Source: a virus (lineage: Duplodnaviria; Heunggongvirae; Uroviricota; Caudoviricetes). Taken from it: a DNA stretch of 64,000 nucleotides. The stretch lies in the IMG/VR virus record IMGVR_UViG_2859657292_000001. One strand, given 5' to 3'. The notes beneath the pieces are model-generated. The model saw only the letters and a list, made by a program, of their open reading frames with translations, had not been told where the DNA came from and did no database searches. Of the stretch, positions 8,277-17,127 are shown one piece after another. Numbering within the stretch: position 1 is the stretch's first letter; every line of letters begins with the position of its first letter. The position numbers were made by a program, and so were the translations under genes.

Positions 8277-11160
8277 ATGCCCCGCCGTTCGATCCTCTCC
8301 GCCGCCGAGCGCGAAAGCCTGCTGGCGTTGCCGGACACCAAGGATGAGTTGATCCGTCACTACACGTTCAGCGAAAGCGACCTCTCCATCATCCGGCAGC
8401 GGCGCGGCCCGGCCAATCGGCTGGGCTTCGCGGTGCAGCTCTGCTACCTGCGCTTTCCCGGCGTCATCCTTGGCGCTGATGAGCCACCGTTCCCGCCATT
8501 GCTGAGACTGGTCGCCAACCAGCTCAAGGTCGGCATCGAAAGCTGGGACGAGTACGGGCAGCGTGAGCAGACCCGACGCGAGCACCTGGTCGAGCTGCAA
8601 ACGGTGTTCGGCTTCCAGCCGTTCACGATTGGCCACTACCGGCAGGCTGTCCAGTTGCTGACCGAGCTGGCCATGCAAACCGACAAGGGCATCGTGCTGG
8701 CCAGAGCCTTGATCGAGCACCTGCGGCGGCAGTCGGTCATTGTGCCCGCCCTCAACGCCGTCGAGCGGGCGAGCGCCGAAGCGATTACCCGCGCCAACCG
8801 GCGTCTCTACGACGCCTTGGCTGAGCCGCTGACGGACGTGCATCGCCGTCGCCTCGACGATCTGCTCAAGCGCCGCGACAACGGCAAGACGACGTGGCTG
8901 GCCTGGCTGCGGCAATCCCCGGTCAAACCGAACTCGCGGCACATGCTGGAACACATCGAACGCCTCAAGGCGTGGCAGGCGCTCGACCTGCCCTCCGGCA
9001 TCGAGCGGCTGGTTCACCAGAACCGGCTGCTCAAGATCGCCCGCGAGGGCGGCCAGATGACGCCCGCCGACCTGGCGAAGTTCGAGCCGCAGCGGCGTTA
9101 CGCGACCCTGGTGGCGCTCGCCATCGAGGGCATGGCCACCGTCACCGACGAAATCATCGACCTGCATGACCGCATCCTGGGCAAGCTGTTCAATGCCGCC
9201 AAGAACAAGCATCAGCAGCAGTTCCAGGCATCCGGCAAGGCGATCAATGCCAAGGTGCGGCTGTTCGGGCGCATCGGCCAGGCGCTGATCGAGGCCAAGC
9301 AAGCGGGCCGCGATCCGTTCGCCGCCATCGAGGCCGTCATGTCCTGGGATGCTTTCGCCGAGAGCGTCACCGAAGCGCAGCGGCTCGCGCAACCCGAGGA
9401 CTTCGATTTCCTGCACCGCATCGGCGAGAGCTACGCCACGCTGCGCCGCTACGCGCCGGAATTTCTCGACGTGCTCAAGTTGCGGGCCGCGCCCGCCGCC
9501 AAGGACGTACTCGACGCCATCGAGGTGCTGCGCAGCATGAACAGCGACAACGCCCGCAAGGTGCCCACCGACGCGCCGACCGAGTTCATCAAGCCGCGCT
9601 GGCAGAAGCTGGTGATGACCGACACCGGCATCGACCGGCGCTACTACGAACTGTGCGCGCTGTCGGAGCTGAAGAACGCGCTGCGCTCCGGCGACATCTG
9701 GGTGCAAGGCTCGCGCCAGTTCAAGGACTTCGAGGACTACCTGGTGCCGCCCGCGAAATTCGCCAGCCTCAAGCAGGCCAGCGAATTGCCGCTGGCCGTG
9801 GCCACCGATTGCGACCAGTACCTGCATGACCGGCTGACGCTGCTGGAAACGCAGCTCGCCACCGTCAACCGCATGGCGCTGGCCAACGAGCTGCCGGACG
9901 CCATCATCACGGAGTCGGGCCTGAAGATCACGCCGCTCGATGCGGCGGTGCCCGATACCGCACAGGCCCTGATCGACCAGACGGCGATGATCCTACCGCA
10001 CGTCAAGATCACCGAATTGCTGCTGGAGGTAGACGAATGGACGGGCTTCACCCGGCACTTCGCCCACCTGAAGTCAGGCGACCTGGCCAAGGACAAAAAC
10101 CTGTTGCTGACCACGATCCTCGCCGACGCGATCAACCTGGGCCTGACCAAGATGGCGGAATCGTGCCCCGGCACGACCTACGCCAAGCTGGCCTGGCTGC
10201 AAGCCTGGCACATCCGCGACGAAACCTACGGGGCGGCACTGGCCGAGCTGGTCAACGCGCAGTTCCGACATCCCTTCGCCGAGCATTGGGGCGACGGCAC
10301 CACGTCATCGTCGGACGGCCAGAACTTCCGCACCGGCAGCAAGGCCGAGAGCACCGGCCACATCAATCCGAAATACGGCAGCAGCCCAGGGCGGACGTTC
10401 TACACCCATATCTCCGACCAGTACGCGCCGTTCCACACCAAGGTCGTGAACGTCGGCGTGCGCGACTCGACCTACGTGCTCGACGGCCTGCTGTATCACG
10501 AATCCGACCTGCGGATCGAGGAGCACTACACCGACACGGCAGGGTTCACGGACCACGTCTTCGCGTTGATGCACCTGCTGGGCTTCCGCTTCGCCCCGCG
10601 CATTCGTGACCTGGGCGACACCAAGCTCTACATCCCGAAGGGCGATGCCACCTACGAGGCGTTGAAACCGATGATCGGCGGCACGCTCAACATCAAGCAC
10701 GTCCGCGCCCATTGGGATGAAATCCTGCGGATGGCCACCTCGATCAAGCAGGGCACGGCGACGGCCTCGCTGATGCTCAGGAAGCTTGGCAGCTACCCGC
10801 GCCAGAACGGCCTGGCCGTCGCCCTGCGTGAGCTGGGACGCATCGAGCGCACACTGTTCATCCTGGACTGGCTGCAAAGCGTCGAGCTGCGCCGCCGCGT
10901 GCATGCCGGGCTGAACAAAGGCGAGGCGCGCAACGCGCTGGCCCGCGCCGTGTTCTTCAACCGCCTGGGGGAAATCCGCGACCGCAGCTTCGAGCAGCAG
11001 CGCTACCGGGCCACGGTCAAGCCGTCGATGACGGCCTGTTGCAGTACCTGTCGCCGCTCGGCTGGGAGCACATCAACCTGACCGGCGATTACCTCTGGCG
11101 CAGCAGCGCCAAGATCGGCGCGGGCAAGTTCAGGCCGCTACGGCCGCTGCAACCGGCTTA
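8277..11160 (+). pseudogene. tnpA: Tn3-family transposase TnpA with a C-terminal frameshift or internal deletion
   Basis: A 934-aa ORF (8277..11081) whose last 20 or so residues are out-of-frame junk. The +2 frame from about 11013 continues as '...[44 protein letters not shown]' and stops at TAG inside the right IR (11158..11160). Confidence 0.8.
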
Positions 11161-11194
11161 GCGTGCTTTATTTTCCGTTTTCTGAGACGACCCC
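11157..11194 (-). repeat. Right terminal inverted repeat (38 bp)
   Basis: Perfect reverse complement of 5054..5091. Confidence 0.9.
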
Positions 11195-11199
11195 GATCT
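11195..11199. repeat. 5-bp target-site duplication GATCT, right copy
   Basis: Matches 5049..5053. Confidence 0.8.
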
Positions 11200-11281
11200 G
11201 GTCAGGCAGGAACTGAAAACCAAAACGCTTCGCATCGGTAAGCGTCTGTATCGGGTTGTTCACGAGACGGGAGTGCAGAAA
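11200..11281 (+). pseudogene. 3' portion of the transposon-interrupted small membrane-protein gene
   Basis: In-frame continuation of 4986..5053 once the transposon and one TSD copy are removed. It ends with a TGA that overlaps the ATG of the next gene. Confidence 0.5.
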
Positions 11282-11586
11282 TGAGCAATTTGACCTCTTT
11301 CGACTGGTGGCTGGCAACCTACCTCGTGGCGGCCGGCGTCGGATATGCCTTTTACATTGGTCAGTTAATCGTAAAGCTACTGCTGATCAGATTTGCCAGC
11401 CATAAACGCATAGACGACGGTCTGTGGCGCCTGGGTTCTCTGCTGGAGACTCACTACGGCGAACTGAAGGAGAACGAAACTATCACTATCCAAGCGAAGC
11501 GTTTTACGGCCATCATCACGAGAACGCCGGAACAGAAGGTGAGTTTGATCAAAAAGATAGCAACTGAACGAGTAACAGAAAAATAA
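11281..11586 (+). CDS. Hypothetical membrane protein (101 aa)
   Basis: Hydrophobic N-terminus; translationally coupled to the upstream gene. Confidence 0.4.
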   Translation: MSNLTSFDWWLATYLVAAGVGYAFYIGQLIVKLLLIRFASHKRIDDGLWRLGSLLETHYGELKENETITIQAKRFTAIITRTPEQKVSLIKKIATERVTEK

Positions 11587-12335
11587 GTATTTACTTACTT
11601 ATCTATTATGTATAAGGTTCATTTGTTTTCGTTGAGACGCGACTGTTTGAACGTTAAATATAACTGCAAACGAAGATACGTACCTGGCAGTAGCCTAAGA
11701 AGCCAAACACCAGCGAGGTCAGTTTCCAGCCTCGTCACCGAAATGGGACACACTGAGCGAGTGTGATTGCAGAACGCAGGATAGGGCATGTTGCACCACC
11801 CATGCCCTATTCGATGAAGTAACAGGATGGGCGGTTGGTTTTCCTCATTCCATTCCATCATCCCGGTTTCAGCCAGCTGACCGTCCATCCTGTTACGTCA
11901 TTTCCATTACTTATGTCGTTTAATCTTGGGTTAAAAGCGGCGACGTAACCCGGCTGGCTTGGTTAGCCAGCGCACAACGTTGAGGTCACTGTTTTTCTTT
12001 TAATCATACAGGTGATTCCACAGAGCTGTAGTGACTGATCAATATGTTGGGTCGAACATAAATCGGTTCAGTGGCCTCAACGTTGTGAAAGCAGGATTCT
12101 TTAACCCTCTGGTGAAATCATTGTTGCCTATGTAGCCCCTGGTTTCACAACATGGATGATTCCATACATCCAATAAGATCGAAGAATCTGGCGGCCATCA
12201 ACCGCCGAGAAGGATTCCAGATCTTCGCTCTATGTGAGCAAGCCACAAGCCTCGTCTGGCACTAACGTAAAGTGCAAGTTGCGGGAAAGTTCTTGGTTGC
12301 CTGGTTGTCCATGAACAAGTACCGCCGCGAATAAT

Positions 12336-12410
12336 GATGGTGTAGCTCAGTGGTAGAGCGGTTGACTGTTAATCAACTGGTCGGTGGTTCGAGTCCACCC
12401 ACCATCGCCA
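12336..12410 (+). tRNA. tRNA-Asn (anticodon GUU), includes the CCA end
   Basis: Hand-folded cloverleaf. The acceptor stem pairs GATGGTG with CACCATC. The D-arm is GCTC/GAGC and the anticodon stem GTTGA/TCAAC encloses the loop CTGTTAA, giving anticodon GTT. The T-arm is GGTGG-TTCGAGT-CCACC, followed by a G discriminator and CCA. Confidence 0.8.
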
Positions 12411-12566
12411 ACACAGCGCTGAACGGTTTGGAGTTCGCCACCACCGTCCGAACGGAAAGACTCCGCAAATGTCGCCAGACCGTTCAACGCTGTGATAGAC
12501 ACGGCAGACGTTCTTAACCATAGTGCTTCTTAGCATCGTAGTTACACTTTTTTCAGCGCAAAATCC

Positions 12567-12590
12567 AAAGGGGCTTCGGCCCCTTTTTTG
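12567..12590 (+). terminator. Rho-independent terminator (aaaggggc-ttcg-gcccctttttt)
   Basis: Perfect GC hairpin followed by a T-run downstream of the tRNA. Confidence 0.65.
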
Positions 12591-12636
12591 TTGATGGTTC
12601 TCGTCGCTTCCCACTGCTGTAATGCTATTTGTTGCC

Positions 12637-12672
12637 GGAATGAGAGGGTTAATGCTAATGTACGCGTACATT
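12637..12672. promoter_or_regulatory. Perfect 36-bp palindrome GGTTAATGCTAATGTACG|CGTACATTAGCATTAACC, upstream of phoH
   Basis: Exact 18+18 inverted repeat verified by hand. Likely a protein-binding operator or a hairpin. Confidence 0.5.
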
Positions 12673-12827
12673 AGCATTAACCAAGTTTCGATAACCGCGC
12701 AGCAACAGTCTTCCAAAGACTGAAACAATGAGTCTTGAATGTCTCATAAAAATGCAATTGATAAGTAATGACTTACCTATTATTTGTCGGTATAGTTCTT
12801 TCGGTGACTCACTTGAAAGGACTCAAT

Positions 12828-13601
12828 ATGGGAAACAAACGTAAACAGGCGCGTCGCGCAGCTCGTCAGGCACTGAAGTCAAAGCCACGCATCCACGGCT
12901 ACGAAATTGACACAATCATCGTTGACGAGCTGGCTGCCGCCCCTGCTCTGCCTCCGAAACCGAAGCGCGACAACTCTCCTCTCGAAGCGCGAAACGAGGC
13001 CCAGGCCCACTATCTCATCTCCCTCGATACCAAAACGCTAACGTTCGCCACTGGCGAAGCTGGCTGCGGTAAAACGTACCTGGCCGCGGCCGTTGCAGCG
13101 CAGCGTCTACTTAATAAGGAAGTGGACAAGATCATCGTGACTCGTCCGGTATTGCAAGCAGACGAAGATCTGGGCTTCCTTCCGGGCGACATGAGCGAGA
13201 AGTTCGCTCCGTTCTTCCGGCCCGTCTATGACGTGCTACAGAAGCGTCTGGGTGGCTCGTTTCTCGAATACTGCTTAAAGCCAGAGGTGGCCAAAGTGGA
13301 GATTGCCCCCTTCGCTTACATGCGTGGGCGCACTTTCGAAAACGCTGTGGTAATTCTGGATGAAGCTCAAAACGTGACAGCGTCACAAATGAAAATGTTC
13401 CTGACCCGTATGGGAGAAAACGTCACGGTTATCGTTAACGGGGACATCACCCAATGCGATCTTCCTGGCAGCGTCAAATCCGGGCTGGAAGACGCTATGG
13501 AGCGCTTTAAGCCGTCTGAATATGTTGGACGGATCGAGTTCGAGAGCGAGGACTGTGTACGGTCTGAGTTATGCAAAATTGCGCTTGAAGCCTACCAATA
13601 A
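12828..13601 (+). CDS. phoH: PhoH-like ATPase
   Basis: Walker A 'GEAGCGKTYLAAA' plus the PhoH core. The start was moved from the listed 12768 to 'aaaggactcaatATG'. The listed start would read through an upstream regulatory motif. Confidence 0.8.
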   Translation: MGNKRKQARRAARQALKSKPRIHGYEIDTIIVDELAAAPALPPKPKRDNSPLEARNEAQAHYLISLDTKTLTFATGEAGCGKTYLAAAVAAQRLLNKEVDKIIVTRPVLQADEDLGFLPGDMSEKFAPFFRPVYDVLQKRLGGSFLEYCLKPEVAKVEIAPFAYMRGRTFENAVVILDEAQNVTASQMKMFLTRMGENVTVIVNGDITQCDLPGSVKSGLEDAMERFKPSEYVGRIEFESEDCVRSELCKIALEAYQ

Positions 13602-13611
13602 GGAGATAAGC

Positions 13612-13815
13612 GTGACCAAAGAATATCTGCCTCACCAGCAGCGTGTGATAGAGGAACAGGAAGATCTGTCGCGCCGTATTTTCAAGCTGGAGTGCTTCAC
13701 AGCCACCGAGATTTTTAGTCGTCTCCCTCAAGTCGACCGCAACATGCTCATTAAGCAGCTGGACGCGATGAAAGCCTATGAGCTAATTCTTCGTGCCCGA
13801 ATCGCTCGTTTTTAA
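13612..13815 (+). CDS. Hypothetical protein (GTG start after AAGGAG)
   Basis: A strong SD sequence, AAGGAGataagcGTG. The listed 13522 start would overlap phoH. Confidence 0.3.
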   Translation: MTKEYLPHQQRVIEEQEDLSRRIFKLECFTATEIFSRLPQVDRNMLIKQLDAMKAYELILRARIARF

Positions 13816-13830
13816 CGTAAGGAAACCAAA

Positions 13831-14196
13831 ATGACCGATATGGATATCGAAAAAGAGATTGTGGCCAAAGGCAAAACGGCCGCGCGTGTTACCCCGGAAC
13901 GCATTGAAGCTGTTATCTCAGGCGAATTTTACTTTACCGGCGCGGACGGATATCGCAGCTCACCGTTGTGGCTGAAGCAGGAAGAGCCTGAACCGGCCCC
14001 GCAATCACTCGAACTGCTGACATTCTGCGTTCTTGTGCTGGAGAACGGCTACACCGTAACCGGCGAGTCTGCGTGCGCCAGCCCGGAGAACTTTGATCCG
14101 GAGATCGGACGTAAAATTGCACGCCAGAACGCGATTGCCAAAATCTGGCCCCTGGAAGGCTATCTTCTCAAGCAGCAGCTGCACGAGGTGAAGTGA
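13831..14196 (+). CDS. Hypothetical protein (121 aa)
   Basis: RBS 'aaggaaaccaaaATG'; its stop overlaps the next gene's start. Confidence 0.4.
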   Translation: MTDMDIEKEIVAKGKTAARVTPERIEAVISGEFYFTGADGYRSSPLWLKQEEPEPAPQSLELLTFCVLVLENGYTVTGESACASPENFDPEIGRKIARQNAIAKIWPLEGYLLKQQLHEVK

Positions 14197-14441
14197 TGAA
14201 GGTCGTTATCTACGGACGGGATAATTGCTCATACTGCAAACGTGCGGTCGAGCTGGCGAAGCAGCTGCACGGCCACGGCTTTGGCGATTATGAATACATC
14301 GATATTGTGTCTGCCGGGATCGACAAAGAGAAGTTGAGCGACCTGGTTGGCAAGCCGGTGGAGACCATACCGCAGGTGTTCGTAAATGGCGAACCTATCG
14401 GGGGTTATACGGAATTTGCTGCTTTTGCGAGCACCCTGTAA
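14193..14441 (+). CDS. Glutaredoxin (NrdH/T4 glutaredoxin-like)
   Basis: 'VIYGRDNCSYCKRA' CxxC active site; 82 aa. Confidence 0.75.
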   Translation: MMKVVIYGRDNCSYCKRAVELAKQLHGHGFGDYEYIDIVSAGIDKEKLSDLVGKPVETIPQVFVNGEPIGGYTEFAAFASTL

Positions 14442-14448
14442 TACAATA

Positions 14449-14480
14449 CGGCTCCTTTTGGGGCCGTTTCTGTTTGTCGC
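14449..14480 (+). terminator. Probable terminator hairpin after the glutaredoxin gene
   Basis: acggctcc-tttt-ggggccgt imperfect stem followed by T-rich sequence. Confidence 0.35.
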
Positions 14481-14537
14481 AGTTTCAGGGAACGCGTACA
14501 CTTAGTTACGAGCCAGCAAAAAGCAGGCAGATAAATC

Positions 14538-15062
14538 ATGAAAGACTCAATCACCAAAATCGCAATGGTTGTGGCACTGGCACTAAGCAGCCTGTCACAC
14601 GGTTCTTATGCCAAAGATCACACCCATGAACGCAGCGCTATTACTTCAGGGGCGAGCGCACCATCCCTCGCAGAACTGCGCGAAAGTGTGGGTAAAATCC
14701 AGGAAGTTACCGCTGATGGCCGTGAAATTTACGCCAGACTGGATGCGTTGGCAGAACATGATTTTGAGCAGGCAAAGTTTGCCGCAGAAGGCTTACGTGC
14801 TGATGTAATTGGCTCCCTGGCAATTGCCGAGTTCTTATTCCAGGCATTACCAGAGATGTCGATCATCCGGTCTTACGACAAAAACTCCACTGAATACAAG
14901 CTATGCAGGGCTGTCGCTGAGATGCGTCACGGGGCCAAAAATCTCGATAATCTGGTTAATCAGATCCTGACAGTTAGCCCTCTTCGCGAATCAGAAATTA
15001 GCCATGCGGCTCTTGCTGTTCTGGCAGCCAGTGGCACAGAGGCTTCGACCAAATGGCTCTGA
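14538..15062 (+). CDS. Predicted secreted or periplasmic helical protein (174 aa)
   Basis: N-terminal signal-peptide-like segment MKDSITKIAMVVALALSSLSHGSYA. Overlaps the downstream gene by 10 bp. Confidence 0.4.
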   Translation: MKDSITKIAMVVALALSSLSHGSYAKDHTHERSAITSGASAPSLAELRESVGKIQEVTADGREIYARLDALAEHDFEQAKFAAEGLRADVIGSLAIAEFLFQALPEMSIIRSYDKNSTEYKLCRAVAEMRHGAKNLDNLVNQILTVSPLRESEISHAALAVLAASGTEASTKWL

Positions 15063-15469
15063 TTGTCGAGATCAACCCCGATACACGCGCCGCATTTTTA
15101 GACCCCACTTTCAAAAAGTTCCCTGGATTGGAACAGCAGCTCATAGAGGAATTTATTTACTGCAAGGAGCACAACGCCACAACGGATACCTTCGGCAGTG
15201 ACGCCGTCTTCACTTTTCCACCTTATGCCGTAGACGCTCAACTCGCTCGCATCCACATCAAGCTACCCGACGAACAGCCCTGGCCACCTCGCACTCCAGA
15301 TCGGCAGAAGAAGAGTAATACTTATTTAGTTTATGCACAGCATTTGTGGAATCCGGACAGATACTCCATTCTTGCAGTTGTTACCCCAGCACACGATCTC
15401 ATGAGCGCCGCCAACACACAGTTAATCTCCCACTTTTCAGCCTGTGCTGAAGATTTTCACAACCGCTAA
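15053..15469 (+). CDS. YafO-family toxin (ribosome-dependent mRNA interferase family)
   Basis: Recalled alignment to E. coli YafO: 'FI.YK...D.FG.DA...AHIHL' and '.LVY.Q...L.AI..P..H...A..N.Q......AE.F'. Sizes are similar (138 aa against 132 aa). Confidence 0.6.
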   Translation: MALIVEINPDTRAAFLDPTFKKFPGLEQQLIEEFIYCKEHNATTDTFGSDAVFTFPPYAVDAQLARIHIKLPDEQPWPPRTPDRQKKSNTYLVYAQHLWNPDRYSILAVVTPAHDLMSAANTQLISHFSACAEDFHNR

Positions 15470-15510
15470 AATCATCTTGCTTGTTTCTCAGATTTAAAAA
15501 AATCGACTCT

Positions 15511-15545
15511 CAATGATTCCATACCTATTAAGTATGGAATCATTG
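15511..15545. other. Perfect 14-7-14 inverted repeat CAATGATTCCATAC-CTATTAA-GTATGGAATCATTG; candidate core site for the adjacent tyrosine recombinase
   Basis: The lox/dif-like architecture (two inverted 14-bp arms around a 7-bp spacer), 23 bp upstream of the recombinase ORF. Related half-sites ATGATTCCATACATC occur at 4986 and 12155. Confidence 0.45.
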
Positions 15546-15567
15546 TACAAAACAGGCTATTTTATGG

Positions 15568-16749
15568 TTGATCATACAAAAACTTATGCCTAATATACTG
15601 TTTATGCATACAGTAAAAAGGGCTTCACTCAGTGAGTGGACGATGAAAAACACCTTTGATAAAGCACGCGCAGCAGAAAACACCTCTCGGGAAGCCATCG
15701 AGTACCTCGAACGCGCTTCCGGTTTGTCGGCAGTGTCGACCGCCAAATTCGACGGAGACATGTCGTTTTCTTCCGCCTTCATGTTATTCACTCGCTTATC
15801 TTTACTGATAACGAGGCGTCGACCTGAAATAGCCGTTCATTGTGTTTTGATACATGTAATGCCGCATATCTCTGATGTAAAGGTAAGTGATATAAGTAGG
15901 GTCTTGGTCAACCAGCTGGTGAACCCACTGATACTGGAAGGCAAGATCGTCCAGGGCAGACGCGTGTTCTCCCTGATGAAACAGTTCCTGAGCTGGTGCG
16001 CCTTTCAGGGGCTGATTGATACATCACCGTTGAATGATATATCGCTCAATAGAGTTGCCGGTGGCGCAAAGCCAGTGCCGCGCGAACGTAAGCTGACGGA
16101 CGCCGAGGTCTGGGTATTCTGGAACGTCTGGGATTACTTCAATGTGTGCGAAGGCACAAAGTGGGCGGCCAGGCTCTGTCTTGTCGCTGCCAGACGACCC
16201 GATGAAGTGCTCCGGGCCAGAAAGGATGAGTTCAACCTTCAACGTGATGTATGGAATCAAGGTACGCGAAACAAATCGGCCAGACAGCACGCGCTGCCGT
16301 TAAGCCCATTGATGCGTCAATGCGTGGAAGAGTTGTTCGAGTACGGGAAAGACAGCCAGTGGCTCGTTCCTTCGAATAAGAAGAAGGGCGTAGATACGCC
16401 AATGTCTAAGGTGGCCATTGCCCAGGCACTGAGAAGGATACTGGAACGACCTGAGTTGATGGAGGTTGAGTCATTCACCCCACGCGATCTGAGACGTACA
16501 GCGCGTAGTTATTTCCCTGCTCTGGGGATTAATCAGGAGGTGGCCCGTAAGATTATGAACCACAGTCTTGAAGGGATAGATCGCGTCTATGATCGCCACG
16601 ATTATATGGATGAGATGCGAGACGCCTTGAATAACTTCTCAACGTACATCGCATCTATCGTTAATCAAACAGACTTAGACGAGATAGACCACAAATTCAA
16701 GGGAGATCGTCTAGCCACGGAGCTTATTCGTGTAAATTTCTCACAGTGA
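15568..16749 (+). CDS. Tyrosine site-specific recombinase (integrase/resolvase family)
   Basis: C-terminal catalytic motifs '...RDLRRTARSY...HSLEGIDRVYDRHDY' (R..HxxR..Y). The true start may be the internal Met at 15643. Confidence 0.75.
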   Translation: MIIQKLMPNILFMHTVKRASLSEWTMKNTFDKARAAENTSREAIEYLERASGLSAVSTAKFDGDMSFSSAFMLFTRLSLLITRRRPEIAVHCVLIHVMPHISDVKVSDISRVLVNQLVNPLILEGKIVQGRRVFSLMKQFLSWCAFQGLIDTSPLNDISLNRVAGGAKPVPRERKLTDAEVWVFWNVWDYFNVCEGTKWAARLCLVAARRPDEVLRARKDEFNLQRDVWNQGTRNKSARQHALPLSPLMRQCVEELFEYGKDSQWLVPSNKKKGVDTPMSKVAIAQALRRILERPELMEVESFTPRDLRRTARSYFPALGINQEVARKIMNHSLEGIDRVYDRHDYMDEMRDALNNFSTYIASIVNQTDLDEIDHKFKGDRLATELIRVNFSQ

Positions 16750-17127
16750 CTTGATGGCCTCTACCACCTTTTCTGACGCACCCTGTTGACCGTCAAAACG
16801 GTTACGGAACGCTTCTAGAACGAGTTTTTCATCAGCGGAGAGAGGTGCAGTGCCCTCTTCGCGAAAAAACTCAAGCAGCTCAGGATGACGTTCTTCCAGA
16901 ACCATCAGCATCAGTCGAACCGGATCTGCCTCCAGTGCTTCGGCTAAAGCTCGAACCTTATCGACTGGAAGTGGGATTTTGCCGCTTTTGATGAGAGAGA
17001 GGTTGTTGGCGTTCTTGTACCCAACCTCTTTGGCAATGGTAGCCTGACTTTTAGGCGAGATTGTGATTAACGAGTCAATGTAAGCTGCGTAGCGACCTTG
17101 TTTGATCTCTGTTTCGTTGGTAGCCAT
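16741..17127 (-). CDS. XRE-family helix-turn-helix transcriptional regulator (Cro/CI-like)
   Basis: 'TIAKEVGYKNANNLSLIKSGKIPLP' HTH in the N-terminal half. Transcribed convergently with the recombinase gene. Confidence 0.7.
   Translation of the reverse strand: MATNETEIKQGRYAAYIDSLITISPKSQATIAKEVGYKNANNLSLIKSGKIPLPVDKVRALAEALEADPVRLMLMVLEERHPELLEFFREEGTAPLSADEKLVLEAFRNRFDGQQGASEKVVEAIKSL

Larger units (their letters stand above)
5054..11194. mobile_element. Tn3-family (Tn21-subgroup-like) transposon, 6141 bp, high GC
   Basis: Perfect 38-bp terminal IRs of sequence GGGGTCGTCTCAGAAAACGGAAAATAAAGCACGCTAAG. It encodes a tnpA with a Tn3-family DDE domain and a serine recombinase. It is flanked by a 5-bp direct repeat, and GC is about 64% against about 50% in the flanking sequence. 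Confidence 0.9.

Noticed and set aside
8250-9827. 525-aa ORF on the minus strand
   Set aside because: It is entirely antisense to tnpA in a 64% GC region where long spurious ORFs are expected. Its composition is Arg/Gly/Leu-rich with no motifs.
12336-12410. tRNA as a possible amber suppressor for the interrupted rnhA
   Set aside because: The anticodon loop reads CTGTTAA (anticodon GUU, Asn), so it is not a suppressor.
12768-12827. Listed phoH start at 12768
   Set aside because: That start would translate through the GTAAG/CTTAC regulatory motif and a hydrophobic junk N-terminus. The Met at 12828 has a proper RBS and begins the PhoH-like sequence.
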